Below, piece after piece: positions 29,611-44,600 of a stretch of DNA of 64,000 bases; position 1 is the first letter of the stretch, and each line of letters starts with the position of its first letter. The notes under the pieces were generated by a model. That model did no database searches, was not told the origin of the DNA, and saw only the letters and a list, made by a program, of their open reading frames with translations. This DNA is from Candidatus Oxydemutator sp. GTDB taxonomy: Bacteria > Pseudomonadota > Gammaproteobacteria > Poriferisulfidales > Oxydemutatoraceae. Both the position numbers and the translations under genes were made by a program. The stretch lies in the NCBI GenBank assembly GCA_965203445.1, contig OZ241883.1:2304001-2368000 (forward strand), written 5' to 3'.

Positions 29611-32600
29611 TCAGCGTCCGCTTGACCGGCAAATCCTCCCACGAGTGAGACTGCCGGATGGACGCCTTAATTGCCTCACCACACGCTCGAAATCAGATGA
29701 GACTAGAAATTCGTCAAGACTGACGTTCGCGCTTGGCATATAAAACTCCGTGCCCCTAAATCTGAGAATCCTGAACGAAGCCGGATTATTTGTGGCCTGA
29801 AGTTGCAAAACGGCAGCAAGCCTAAGAGCCTCGTTTGCGAAATCAGCATCCGCCGATACTATCGTGCCATCAGCATTCACGTCGCCGGTTATCATGAACA
29901 AACGGTCATTGTTACGGAACATCGGGCAGCTCCCATTATACAAATCCGTAGAGGCTCCCACCTCTCGGTAGTCTATGCAATAGTTCGCACTTGAATCACC
30001 GCAATCCGTGGACAATGGCCGCGCCGACAATATCGGCAGGTGGTTGCGATGCTGCAACAGCAGATACACGTCCTTGTTCGGCTCTATCTCGGCGTCAAAG
30101 CGCACCCCTTGCCGAGCCAACACATCCGTCGTCGTCGTCGCATTCTCGTTCACGCCTACTATGCTGCCGTCGGACAGAATCAAGCCTGCCTTTACGCCGC
30201 CTACGGGCACGCTGTCCGGATCCGCAGCACTCGGCGCGAAACCCGTGTTCACTACCCGCAACTCCAACAACATCCAGTCCACCACATTCGACGGCATGCC
30301 GTTTGCGTTGGCAACACCCTCTATACGAGGCACCGTCGTCGTCGCCGCGTGGTTCCAGGGCCTCACGCTATACGGTTGTACACGTGGCAGCGCTCGATTC
30401 AAAAAAGTGCCCATGTCGCCATCCGCGACACGATACGCCCCCTCCAAATACACGCCCGCGGCCACTACCAGACCTCGCTCGCTGCGGATGCCGACTTCGG
30501 CGAACTTCGGCTCTCCTATTTCCGCGGGGTGATCGCTGCCGCAGTTCGGGCAGTTCGTCAGGCGTAAACGAAAGCGTTCGCTATTTTCCTTCTCTACCTC
30601 GTCGGCCACAACCGACACCTGCACTCTCGCGGTGCCGTCCTCGCCCAACGTTATGCTCCCGGTGACCGGCAGCGCATTCACACTCACACCGGCGCTGCCG
30701 CCGCGATCTATCTCGAGAACTCCCCCCAGATCTGCGGACGTCAGACCTTCGGACGCGGTCGTAAGCTCATATTCCACCGTAACGGCCCAATTTGCGCCGC
30801 CGCTCAACGACACCGTGAAGGTCGCGGTCGCCCCTTCCGCCACCACCGCCGGCGCCGCCGCCACCGTCACCTGATCAAATTCGTTGGCCGCTATCGTCGT
30901 CATCGCCTCCAACGCCTCGGTGCTCAAACGAAGAGTACCCGCCGCGCCGGAAAGCATCGCGTTAGTCAGCTCCACCGAGAACGTCTCGGCCAATTCCGCT
31001 CCATCGTCGTCTTTTATTGCCACCTGGAACGACTGGGAAGAATTGCCCGCCGTGATGCTGACGTTGCCGTTGTTCGCTCCGTCAATGTCATCAAGCTCCG
31101 AAGTTCCTCCGCTTGTGTCCACGTTCCAATTCCAACTCGCAGTCACGCCCGACGGAAGGGCACCCGGCAGACTAACCGTGTACCTCGCTCTCGCGCCCTC
31201 CGAGACCATCGCGGAACCGGCGAACGCAGCCTTGACCGCGGGTTGCGATTCTCGTTGCGCCCTGATTTCGGTAGTGTTGCCAGACGGGAAAAAATCACTG
31301 ACGCCCTTCAACACCGGATAATCAAATGCCGTTCCAAAATCCCACGGGTTGTCGTCGTTCAAGGTCTCTATGCCCATGACCGTGCCCGTCGTATCGTCCA
31401 CGTTCAACTTATCCCAACCGGCGTAGATGCCGTCCGCCATCGTCGGGATATGCAAGTCGTAGGAAGTCTTGGGCGAATTGTCCGGCGACGGCGCGGTCGT
31501 GCCGCCGCAGCATGACGACTCCTCGCTGCGCTCCAGGTCAAAGTAGCTTGACTGAATCTCCATGGATGTACGATACCCTATCAAACCGCCTCTATGTGGC
31601 CCCCCGCCGGTCGGTTTCCCTATCGTGTAGCTGGCGCTCACTACGGAATTGCCCGTGTCGCTGCCTATCAAACCGCCCGCTCTTTCCCCCGCGCCGTGCA
31701 CCCTCACGTTGCTATAACCGGCGATCACAATTCCCCCGTTCATCTCGCCCACCAGACCGCCTACCGCCCAGGAACCGCTCACCGACCCGCCCGCCACGTA
31801 ACTCGCCGCTATCTTGCCGAAGTTATATCCCACCAGCGCCCCCACCCCCACGCTGTCGGGCGCACTCACGTTCACGTTCTTCATGCCTACCGAACGGATT
31901 ACGCCGTCGGCGCCCAAGATACCGAACAAGCCCACGTAATCAGAACGAGCACCGCTGCGCGTCAGATTCATATTCCTGATGACGTGGCCGTGACCTTCGA
32001 ATACGGCGTTGTAGCGGAGGGATTCCGGCTGCATGTTCCAACCATTCCACACGGACAACGCCTGTGCATACCCTCCGCCTATCTGCTTCTCCGCCCAGTT
32101 CGGCACGCTCGACAGGTCTATGTCGTTCAACAATTCGTAGCCCTTGCAGGTGTTCGGACAGGTCGCACTCTCATCAAAAGAGGGAAACGCCAAGTCATAA
32201 TCAGCCAGGTCTCCATCATCCACGCCGAGCCGGCCCTCGCCCCTCAAGTCATGGCGTATCGCCTCCAACTGCGTCGTCGTCCTGACCTCTATCAAACCAT
32301 CACCGTCGACGTCATAATCCATCCCCTCGCTCGAGGCGATGGTGCTTACGACCGCGGAACTGACGGTGCTCAAACGCAAACCGTCCGGGCCTTGCAAATT
32401 GCTTAAGCGCACGCGGAACGTCTCTCTTGGCTCCGGCGCCGCGTCCCCCGCTATCGCCACCCCGAAAACCACGCTGTCGGTGCCCGCCAGAACCACCTCA
32501 CCGCTCGTCGCCCCGTCAAAATCGAACGCATCGGCGTGGCCGTCACCGTCACCGGTCAATTCCACGGTCCAACTCATCGTAACCGGTTCGGCAGCGCGAC

Positions 32601-35600
32601 TACCCAGTTCCACCGCGTACGTCGCCGCAAAACCCTCCACGACCACCCTGCGGCCTCGCTGCGACAACGTCGCCAATACCGGCGGCTGCCTCTGGCGCTG
32701 CACGCGGATAGCGGTGGTATTGCCGGCGGGATAACGTTCGCCTTGGCCATGCAACACCGGGTACTGAAGACTACTCCCGAAATCCCACGGACTGTCGTCG
32801 TTCAGCGTCTCCACGCTCATGACCGTGCCCGTCGTATCGTCCACGTTCAGCCGATCCCAACCGGCGTAGATGCCGTCCGCCGCAATCGGGGCGCGCAACT
32901 TGGCGGGCGTCTGCGGCGTCTCGTCCGGCGACGGCGCGGTCGTGCCGCCGCAGCATGACGACTCCCCGCTGCGCTCGCTGTCAAAGTAGCTTGACTGGAT
33001 CTTCACCGCGGACCCACGATGCCCTATCAAACCGCCTCTATGAGAACCCCCGCCGGTCGGTTTCCCTACCGTGTAGCTGGCGTTCACTACGGAGCTGCCT
33101 TCGCCGGTGCCTATCAAACCACCCGCTCTTTGCCCCACGCCGTGCACCGCCACGTCGCTATAACAGGCAATCACAATTCCCCCTTTCATCTCGCCCACCA
33201 AACCGCCTACATCCCAGGAACCGCTCACCGTCCCGCTCACCGCGTAACTCGCCGCTATCTTGCCGTAGCTGACCCCCACCAACGCGGCTACCCCCTCGCT
33301 GTCGGGTGCGTTCACGTTCACGTTCTCCATGCCTACGGAACGAATTACGCCGGTGTTGCCCAAGGTGCCAAACAAGCTCACGTAATCATAGCGGTTACCG
33401 CTGTCGCGCGTTATCTTCATATTCCTGATGACGTGGCCGTTGCCTTCAAAAACGCCTTCGTAGCGGATGGACGTCGGGTACTGGTTCCAAGATCCCGTCC
33501 ACGCGGGCGACGCCGGCGAATACCCCCCGCCTATCGGCGTCCAGTTCTCCACGCTCGACAAATCCAGGTTGTTCGACAATTCGTAGCCCTTGCAGGTTGC
33601 GGCGCAACCCATGTTCAGTTCCGCTCGCGGGAACGCCGCGGTGTACGTAGTGACGTACGCTTGTTCGTCGGGCATACCGTCGCCGTCCAAGTCATAGCGG
33701 ATCGCCGACAACTGCGACGTCGTCGCAACCTCTATCAAATTATCGCCGTCGTCGTCGTAATCTATCCCGTCGCTCCTTTCGATGGTGCCGACGACGGCGG
33801 AACTGGCGACACTCAGACGCAGCCTGTCCAAACCCCTCGGATTGCTCAGGCGCACGCGAAACGTCTCTCTCGGTTCCGACACGTCGTCATCCTCGATAGT
33901 GACACTGAAAACCGCGCTGTCGGTGCCCGCCAGAACCACCTCGCCGCTCGTCGCCCCGGCAAAATCGGCCGCATCGGCGTGCTCCGCGCCGACGCCGGTC
34001 AACTCCACGGACCAACTCAACGTAACCGGGGTGGCGCCGTGATCGTCCAATTCCACCGCATACTCGGCCGCCGAACCCTCCGCTATCGCTTCGACGGTTC
34101 GCTGCGACAGCGTCGCTAATACCGGCGTCTGCCTCCGTTGCTGCACGCGGATACTCGTGCTGTTGCCGTCGGGATAACGCGCGCTTGCGCCGCGCAGCAC
34201 CGGATAATCAAAACTCGTCCCGAAATCCCACGGCGCGTCGTCATGCAAGCCGTCCACGTCCAACTCGTCCCAACCGGTGTAGATGCCGTCCGCCGCGATC
34301 GGGGTGCGCAAATCCTCGGACGTCCTGGGCGTCTCGTCCAACGACGGCGGGTTATGGCCGCAGCACGAAGACTGCCCGCTACGCCCGCTGTCAAAGTAGC
34401 TCGCCTGTATCTCGTCGGTATTGCCGGCACGCTCCCCCACCAAGCCGCCGATTCTGCCGTTGCTCCTTTGCACGCTCACTCTGCCGATGGCGTAACTGGC
34501 GCTCACTATGCTCGCATCGTTCATTGCTCCCACCAGACCGCCCGCCGCAGTTTGGGCAATCACGGGCACGTCCGTATAACTGGCAATCACAACCCCCCCG
34601 ATCATCCTGCCCACCAGACCACCCACTACGGAATAACCGCGCACCGGCGCTGCTTCCCTCGCCGATTTCCCCACTACGTAACTCGCCGCTATTGTGCCGT
34701 AGCCAGTCCCCACCAATCCGCCCGTATTGACGCTGTCCGTGGCGGATATATTCACGTTCACGTCCACCAGGCCCACGGAACGGATCATGCCAAAAGCACC
34801 CAACGCACCGAACAAACCCACGTGATAATAGCCGGTGGCACCGCTTCGCGTTATCGTCATACTGCTGATGACGTGGCCGTTGCCCTCGAATACCGCCTCG
34901 TACCGAGTATTCGCGGGCGCGCCCTCGCCCGCCTGGGTAATGCCCCCGCCTATCGGCGTCCAATTCCGCACGCTCGACAGGTCTACGTCGTTCAACAATT
35001 CGTAGCCCTTGCAGGTGTTCGGACACGTCGCACTCTCATCAAAAGAGGGAAACGCCACGTCATAATCAGGCAAGTCTCCATCACCTACGCCGAGCCTGCC
35101 TCCGCCTCTCAAGTCATAGCGTATCGCCGCCAACTGCGCCGTCGTCCTGACCTCTATCAGACCGTCATTGTTGGCGTCATAATCCGTCCCCCCGCTCGAG
35201 GCGATGGTGCTCACGACCGCGGAACTGACGGTGCTCAAACGCAAGTTGTCCGCGCCTTGCAAATTGCTCAAGCGCACGCGGAACGTCTCTCTCGGCTCCT
35301 CCATCGCGTCCCCCGCTATCGCCACCCCGAAAACCGCGCTGTCGGTGTCGACCAGGGTTATCGTCCCCGTCGTCGCGGGAAAATCGGCCGCATCGGCGTG
35401 GCCGTCGCCGACACCGGTCAATTCCACGGACCAACTCATCGTCACCACGTCGGCGGCGCCACCACCAAGTTCCACCGCGTACGTCGCCGTAGAACCCTCC
35501 GCTGTCACCTCGTCGCCCCGTTGCGACAACGTCACAAATACCGGCGGCTGCCCTCGTCGCTGCACCCGGGTAGCGGTGGTATTGCCGCCGAGATAACGCA

Positions 35601-38600
35601 CGCTTACGCCGCGCAGCACCGGATAATCAAAACCCGTCCCGAAATCCCACGGGTTGTCGTCGTCCAACGTCAAAACGCCCATGACCGTGCCCGTCGTATC
35701 GTCCACGTTCAGACCGGCCCATGCCGCATAAATGCCCGTAGCCGCGGTCGGCGAGCGCAACTCCCGGCTCGTCCGTAGCGACGACGACGGCACGTTCGTG
35801 CCGCCCGACGATAAGCCGCTGCGATCTCCGTCGAAGTAACTGCTCTCTATCGCGGTTGACGCAGCCCGGTTCTCGCCCACCAGACCGCCAAGGTACGGCG
35901 TTACCGACAGACGCGGCAGCGTCCGCCGCACCCTTCCCGAGGAATAACTCGCTATGATCTTCCCGCCAGAGTAGTTCTCACCTACCAGACCACCGACCCT
36001 GGAGTTGCCCGCATCCACGGTCACGTCGGTGTAACTGGCAATGATCGTCCCCCCGTTGCCGGCCACCAGACCGCCCACGCCCAAACCGCCGCGCACCGTA
36101 CCGCCCGCCACGTAACTCGCCGCCACCTTGCCGCCGTAGTTGGCACCCGCCAACGCGCCCGTCAGCGTGCTGCTTATATGCACCTCCACGTTCACGTTCG
36201 CCAAACCCACGTTGCGGATGACACCGCCTGCGCCCAACGCGCGGAACAAACCCACAAAGTGCCAAATGTCATTCCGGGCGAGCACCTCCATATTGCCGAT
36301 AACGTAGCCGTTGCCCTCGAACACCGCGTTGTAACGATGCTCCTCCGGCAGCACCTTGCCGCTAAGCCCGCGCGCCCCGCCCCCTATCGGTTCCCAAGCC
36401 ATGCCGGACAGGTCCACGTCGTTCAACAATTCGTAGCCCTTGCAGGTGCCCGGACACGTCGCACTCTCATCGAAAGAGGGAAACGCCAAGTCATAATCAG
36501 CCAGGTCTTCACCGCCTACGCCGAGCCGGCCCTCGCCTCTCAAGTCATAGCGTATCGCCGCCAACTGCGTCGTCGTCCTGACCTCTATCAGACCGTCATC
36601 GTTGGCGTCATAATCCATCCCCCCGCTCGAGGCGATGGTGCTCACGACCGCGGAACTGACGGTGCTCAAACGCAAACTGTCCGGGCCTTGCAAATTGCTC
36701 AAGCGCACGCGGAACGTCTCTCTCGGTTCCAGCGCCTCGTCCCCCGCTATCGCCACCCTGAAAACCGCGCTGTCGGTGTTGACCAGAACCACCTCCCCGC
36801 TCGTCGCACCGTCAAAATCCAACGCATCGGCGTGGCCGTCGCCGTCACCGGTCAACTCCACGGACCAACTCAACGTAACCGGGGTGGCGCCGTGACCGTC
36901 CAATGCCACCACGTACTCCATCGCCGAATCCTCCGCTATCGTCCCGGTAGTCCGCTGCGACAGCGTCGCAAATACCGGCGGCTGCCCCCGTCGCTGCGCG
37001 CGGATAGCGGTGGTATTGCCGTCGAGATAACGCGCGCTTACGCCGCGCAGCACCGGATAATCAAAACTCGTCCCGAAATCCCACGGACTGTCGTCGTTCA
37101 AGTCGTCGTCGCCGTTCTGATCCACGCCGTCCACGTCCAACTTGTCCCAACCGGTGTAGAAGTCGTCCGCCGCGATCGGGGTGCGCAACTCGGCGGACGT
37201 CTTGCGCGTGTCGCGGTCCGTCGACGGCGGGTTATGGCCGCAACACGACGACTCCCCGCTGCGCTCGCCGTCATAGTAACTCGACTGAATCTCCAGAGGA
37301 ATCACCAAAGAAGGCTGCTCTTGAAAAAGTTGACGATACCCTAGCAGACCGCCTCTATGAGGATCGCCGCCGCTCGGAACCCCTATCGTGTAGCTGGCGC
37401 TCACTATGGAACCGCCGCCGTCGTCGTTGCCTATCAAACCGCCCACTCTCTGAGCATTGGCCACGCCGTGCGCCGACACGGCGCTATAACTGGCAATCAC
37501 AATTCCCCCGCCCACGCCGCCCACCAGACCCCCGGTCGCCCAGAAACCACGCACGGAACCGTTCACCGCGTAACTCGCCGCTATCTTGCCAAAGTTATAT
37601 CCCGCCAACGCGCCCACCCACACGCTGGGGGAGGCATTCACGTTCACGCCCTCCATGCCTACGTTGCGGATTGCGCCGGTGCTGCTCAGGATGCTGAACA
37701 AGCCCATGTAATCATCACGCTCGCCGTCGCGCCGTATCCTCATATTCCTGATGACGTGGCCGTTGCCTTCGAATACGGCGCTGTAGCTGATGTGTAGCGG
37801 CCGCTGTTGCCAACTCGACCAGCCAGGCGACCCCTGCGTAATGCCCCCGCCTATCGGCGTCCAATTCCGCACGCTCGACAGGTCTACGTCGTTCAACAAT
37901 TCGTAGCCCTTGCAGGTGTTCGGACACGTCGCACTCTCATCAAAAGAGGGAAACGCCAAGTCATAATCAGCCAGGTCTTCATCATCCACGCCGAGCCGGC
38001 CCTCGCCTCTCAAGTCATAGTGTATCGCCGCCAACTGCGTCGTCGTCCTGACCTCTATCAGACCGTCATCGTTGGCGTCATAATCCATCCCCCCGCTCGA
38101 GGCGATGGTGCTTACGACCGCGGAACTGACGGTGCTCACACGCAAGTTGTCCGCGCCTTGCACGTTGCTCAAGCGCACGCGGAACGTCTCTCTCGGCTCC
38201 AGCGCCGCGTCCCCCGCTATCGCCACCCTGAAAACCACGCTGTCGGTGTCGACCAGGGTTATCGTCCCCGCGGTCGCGGGAAAATCGGCCGCATCGGCGT
38301 GGCCGCCGCCGTCGCCGGTCAATTCCACGGACCAACTCAACGTAACCGGGCTGGCACCGTGACTATCCAATTCCACCACATACTCGGCCGCCGAACCCTC
38401 CGCTATCGCTCCGATAGTTCGCTGCGACAGCGTCGCCAATACCGGCGGCTGCCCCCGTCGCTGCACGCGGGCAGCGGTGGTATTGCCGTCGGGATAACGC
38501 GCGCTTACGCCGCGCAGCACCGGATAATCAAAACTTGTCCCGAAATCCCACGGACCGTCGTCGTTCAAGTCGTCGTCGCCGCCCTGATCCACGCCGTCCA

Positions 38601-41600
38601 CGTCCAACTTGTCCCAACCGGCGTAGATGCCGTCCGCCATCGTCGGGGTGCGTAACTGGACGGACGTCCGCGGCGTCTCGTCCGGCGACGGCGCGGTCGT
38701 GCCGCCGCAGCATGACGACTCCCCGCTGCGCTCGCTGTCAAAGTAGCTCGACTGGATCTTCACCGTGGATTCACGATGCCCTATCAAACCGCCTCTATGA
38801 GAACCCCCACCGGTCGGAATCCCTACCGTGTAGCTGGCACTCACTATGGAATCGCCCGTGCCGCTGCCTATCAAACCGCCCGCTCTTACCCCCCCGCCGT
38901 GCACCGCCACGTCGCTATAACCGGCAATCACTGTTCCCCCGATTATCTCGCCTATCAAACCGCCTACCGCCCAGGAGCCACTCACCGTCCCGCTCACCGC
39001 GTAACTCGCCGCTATCTTGCCGTAGCTGACCCCCGCCAACGCGGCCGCTCCCCCGCTTCCGCTGCCAGGCGGTACGTCCACGCTCACGCCCACCATGCCT
39101 ACGGAACGGATTACGCCGGCGCTGCCCAAGGTACCGAACAAACCCACGTAATCATAGCGGGAGGCTCTGCTTATACGCATATTCCTGACGACGCGGCCGT
39201 TCCCTTCAAAAACGCCTTCGTAGCGGATGGATTCCGGGAACGCGTTCCAAAGCCCCGTCCACGCAGGCGACGCCGGCGAATACCCCCCGCCTATCGGCGT
39301 CCAATTCTGCACGCTCGACAGGTCCATATCGTTCAGCAATTCGTAGCCCTTGCAGGTATTCGGACACGTCGCACTCTCGTCAAAAGAGGGAAACGCCAAG
39401 TCATAATCAGGCAAGTCTCCATCACCTACGCCGAGCCGGCCCCCACCTCTCAAGTCATAGCGTATCGCCGACAACTGCGTCGTCGTCCTGACCTCTATCA
39501 GACCGTCATCGTTGGCGTCATAATCCATCCCCCCGCTCGAGGCGATGGTGCTTACGACCGCGGAACTGACGGTGCTCAAATGCAAGTTGTCCGCGCCTTG
39601 CACGTTGCTCAAGCGCACGCGGAACGTCTCTCTCGGCTCCAGCGCCTCGTCCCCCGCTATCGCCACCCTGAAAACCGCGCTGTCGGTGTCGACCAGGGTT
39701 ATCGTCCCCATCGTCGTGGGAAAATCGGTCGCATCGGCGTGGCCGTCGCCGACACCGGTCAACTCCACGGACCAACTCATCGTCACCACGTCGTCGCTGT
39801 GGCCGTCCAATTCCACCGCGTACTCCGCCGCCGAACCCTCCGCCGTTACCTCGTCGCCTCGCTGCGACAACGCAACCAATACCGGCGGCTGGCTTTGTCG
39901 CTGCACGCGGGTAGCGGTGGTATTGCCGCCGGGATAAAGCGCGCTTACGCCGCGCAGCACCGGATAATCAAAACCCGTCCCGAAATCCCACGGACTGTCG
40001 TCGTTCAAGTCGTCGTCGCCGCTCTGATCCACGCCGTCCACGTTCAACTTGTCCCAACCCGCGTAGATGGTGCCCGCGGCCGCGGTCGGGGCGCGCAACT
40101 GGACGGACGTCCGCGGCGTCTCGTCCGGCGACGGCGCGGTCGTGCCGCCGCAGCATGACGACTCCCCGCTGCGCTCGCTGTCAAAGTAGCTTTTTTGTAT
40201 CCTGGCCTGGGAATCACGCTCCCCGATCAAACCGCCATCCTGGTCCCCCACGGCCGTCGTCCTCCCGATCGCGTAGCTGGCGCTTACTATGCTGCCGCTT
40301 TCAGCGACGCCGATCAAACCGCCCGCCGAGTTCCCCTGGTCGTTCTCGTTCCGGGCGCGCACCTCGACGTCGGTATAACTGGCGATCATGGTTGCACTCG
40401 TATGCAACGTGCCCACGAGACCGCCCACTCTCCAAACACCATTGACCAATCCGCCCACTACGTAACTCGCCGCTATTCTGCCGCGGCTTGCCCCCGCCAA
40501 CGCGCCCGTCTGAGAGCTGGCGCCGCGCAATTCCATATGTACGTCGCTCAGGCCGACGTTGCGGATTGTGCCGCCGGCACCCAGGAAGCCGAACAAGCCT
40601 CTGTAGTGATAATCGTCGTTGTCGGGGGCGCGTATCTCCATATTGCTTATGACGTGCCCGTTGCCTTCAAAAACGGCCTGGTAACGATTGGTGTCGTCCC
40701 CTATCGGTTCCCAGTTCGTACCGCTCGCCACACTGGACAGGTCCACGTCGTTCAACAGCTCGTAGCCCCTGCAACCGTCCGGACACGTCTCATCCTCGTC
40801 AAAAAACGGAAATGCCTCCTGATAAGCGGCCGTGGCCAAATCTCCACCATCTACGCCGGCCAACCCGGCGCCTCTCAAGTCGTAGCGGATCGCCGACAAC
40901 TGGGTCGTCGTCCTCACGTCTATCAGATTGTTGCCGTCGAGGTCGTAATTCATCCCATGCGACGCGATGACGCTGACGACCGCGGAACCGGGGGCGCTCA
41001 AACGCAAGTTGTCCGGCGCCAGCAGATTGCTCAAGCGCACTCGGAACCTTTCTGCCCGTTCCGGCGTCCCGTCCTCTATTATCTGCACCTCCAAAACCGC
41101 ACTGTCGGTGTTGATGAGAACCACCTGCCCTCTCGTCACGCCGGAAAAATCGGCGGCCTCGGCGTGGCCTGGGCCGACGCCACTCAACTCCACGGACCAG
41201 CTCATCGTAACCGGGATGGCGCCGCGACCGTCCAATTCCACCGCATACTCGACCGCCGAACCCTCCGCTATCGCCCCGGAAGTTCGCTGCGACAACGTGA
41301 CCAATACCAGCGGCTGCCCCCGTCGCTGCGCGCGGATAGCGGTGGTATTGCCGTCGGGATAGCGCGCGCTTACGCCGCGCAGCACCGGATAATCAAAACT
41401 CGTCCCGAAATCCCACGGACTGTCGTCGTTGTAGTCGCCGTCGCCGCTCTGATCCACGCGGTCCACGTTCAACCTGTCCCAGCCCTCGTAGATGGTGCCC
41501 GCCGCGGTGGTCGGGGTGCGCAACTCGGCGGACGTCTTCGGGGCGTCGTCCGGACTCGGCCATCTCTCTCCGCAGCATCGCTCCTCGCCGCTGCGCCCGC

Positions 41601-44600
41601 TGTCGAAGTAACTTACGCTCAATACGCTGCTTCCCGAGCGGCTGCCTACCAGACCGCCTACCGTACGTGAATTGGTGCTTCTCACCACCCTGCTCACCGA
41701 GTAACTCGCGCTCACCACCCCGGAACCAGACAAACTGCCCACCAATCCGCCCAATGACCGATCCGTCGCAGCCACCGATACGTCCGCGTAACTCGCTATC
41801 AACGTGCCGTCGTTGACCCCCGTCAGGCCCCCCACCGCCCAACCACCGCTCACCGATCCACCCGACACGTAACTCGCCGCCACCCGCCCATAGCTATAAC
41901 CCACCAAGGCGCCCGCTCCTATGCTCCCGCTGTAGCCTCTCTGCACGTCCACGACCACGTCCCGCAGACCCACGCCCCGCACCCAGCCGGCCTCGCCCAA
42001 CGCGCCGAACAAGCCGACGTAATGCCAATTCTGCGACGGGCTGCGGATACGCATGTTCCTGATCACGTGACCGTTGCCCTCGAAGCCCCCCTGATAGCGG
42101 CCATCCAGGGGCGGGGTGTTGCTGTTGTCCGGCCCCACCCGGCTCTGCCGAGTAGCACCGCCTATCGGCGTCCAGTCCGCGTCGGACAGATCCAGGTCGG
42201 CCGACAACTCGTAGCCGGTGCACGTGCTGGGACAGGTCTTTGCCTCGTCGAAGAGATCGAACGCCGCCAGATAATCAGCCTCGTTCGCACTGCTGACGCC
42301 CGCCAACCCGACGCCGCCCAAGTCGTAGCGCATCGCCGACAACTGCGACGTCGTCGCAACGTCTATCAGATTATCGCCGTCGGCGTCATAGTTGGTTCCA
42401 CCGAACGCGATGGAACTGACGACGGACGAACTGGCGTCGCTCAAACGCAGCCGCTCCAAACCCCTCGGATTGCTCAAGCGCACGCGGAACGTCTCCGGCA
42501 CTTCCGACTCGTCGTCATCCCCGACGGTTATCCTGAAAACCGCGCTGTCGGTGTTGACCAGGGTTACCGTCCCTCTGGTCACCTCGGTAAAATCGGCCGC
42601 ATCGGCGTGGCCCGCGCCGACGCCGGTCAACTCCACGGACCAACTCAACGTAACCGGGATGGCGCCGCGACCGTCCAATTCCACCGCATACTCGACCGCC
42701 GAACCCTCCGGTGTCGTTCCGGAAGTTCGCTGCGACAACGTCGCCAATACCGGCGGCTGCCCCCGTCGCTGCGCGCGGATAGCGGTGGTATTGCCGTCGG
42801 GATAACGCGCGCTTACGCCGCGCAGCACCGGATAATCAAAACCCGTCCCGAAATCCCACGGACTGTCGTCGTTCAAGTCGTCGTCGCCGTTCTGATCCAC
42901 GCCGTCCACGTTCAACTTGTCCCAACCGGCGTAGATGCCGTCCGCCATCGTCGGGGCGCGTAATTGGGCGGAAGTCCTGCCCGTACCCGAGTCCGACTGC
43001 CGTGTATTCTGGCCGCAACAGTCGGATTGTCCGCTGCGCCCGGTGTCAAAGTAGCTTTTTTGTATCCTGGCCTGGGAATCACGCTCCCCGATCAAACCGC
43101 CGTCCTCGTCCCCCACGGCCGTCGTCCTCCCGATCGCGTAGCTGGCGCTTACTATGCTGCCGCTTTCGGCGGTGCCGATCAAACCGCCTGCCGCGCTCCC
43201 GTCGTTTTCTTCGTTCCGGGCGCGCACCTCGACGTCGGTGTAACTGGCGATCATGGTTGCATTCGTATACAACGTGCCTACGAGACCGCCCACTCTCCAA
43301 ACACCGTTGATCAACCCGCCCGCTACGTAACTCGCCGCTATTTTGCCGCGGCTTGCCCCCGCCAACGCACCCGTCTGAAAGCTGTCGCCGCGCAATTCTA
43401 TATGCACGTCGCTCAGGCCGACGTTGCGGATCGTGCCGCCGGCGCCCAGGGAGCCGAACAAGCCTCTGTAGTGATAATTGCCGTTGTCGGGGGCGCGTAT
43501 CTCCATATTGCTTATGACGTGCCCGTTGCCTTCAAAAACGGCCTGGTAGCGATTCGCGTCGTCTCCTATCGGATCCCAGTTCTGGCCGGACGGCAGATCC
43601 AGGTCGGCCGACAACTCGTAGCCGGTGCACGTGCTGGGACAGGTTTGCACCACGTCGTAAAGGGGAAACGCCGCCAGATAATCAGCCTCGTTCGCACTGC
43701 CCACGCCCGCCAACCCGACGCCGCCCAAGTCGTAGCGTATCGCCGACAACTGGGACATCGTCGTCACCTCTATCAAGTTGTCATCGTCAACGTCGTAGTC
43801 TATCTTGCCGCTCGCCTCGATCGTGGTCCTGACGGAAACCGGCACGCCTAAACTCACGCGCGCAGGCGCCCCCGTGATCTTCGCGCCCGTCAACGTCACC
43901 ACCATAACCTCGGCCAACTCGGTAACGAGGTCGTCGCGCACCCTCAACGAAAACGACGCGCTGACGGCGCCCGAGGCGATGACCACGCTGCCCGCGGTCG
44001 TGCCGACAAAGTCGTCGGCGCCGACTTCGCCGCCGCCCACCGCCCAGCTCCAACTCGCGCTCACCCCCGCCGGCAAGGCCCCCGGCAAACTCACCACGTA
44101 ACTCGCGGTGCCGCCTTCCGACACTGCCGCGCTGCCGGCGAACGTCACCGCAAGACTTACCTCCGGCTGCGTCTCCTGCTGCGACGTGCGACGCGCCGCC
44201 TCCGTGTCGGTAGCGCCGCCGAACACCAGCACCGGGTAATCGAACACGCTGCCGAAGTCCCACGGACTGTCGTCGTTCAAGTCGCCGTCGTCGCCCTGAT
44301 CCACGCCGTCCACGTCCAACTTGTCCCAACCCGCGTAGATCGTGCCCGCGGTCGTCGTCGGGACGTGCAACTCGCTCGACATCCTCGGGGCGACGTTGTC
44401 CAGATTCTGCGGGTCCGTTCCGCAGCAACTGGCCTGGAGGCTGCGCTCCACGTCAAAATAACTGGACTCCACCACGCCGCCGACGAACTGCCCCATCAAG
44501 CCGCCGACTGCATCATTCCCCGTCGGTTTCCCGACCGAGTAACTGGCGTTCACCACCGACGGGGCACGGACTTCTCCCACCAGACCGCCCACGGTGCCTC

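Noticed and set aside
16364-30480. Diversity-generating retroelement (near-identical 3' ends as TR/VR pairs)
   Set aside because: There is no reverse transcriptase or Avd in the window. The differences are not confined to adenines, and every copy lies inside a full-length gene.
29611-30480. RTX/T1SS adhesin or autotransporter assignment
   Set aside because: There are no GGxGxDxL nonapeptides, an N-terminal Sec-type signal is present, and the C-terminus (…ICRSSGR) is not a beta-barrel end.
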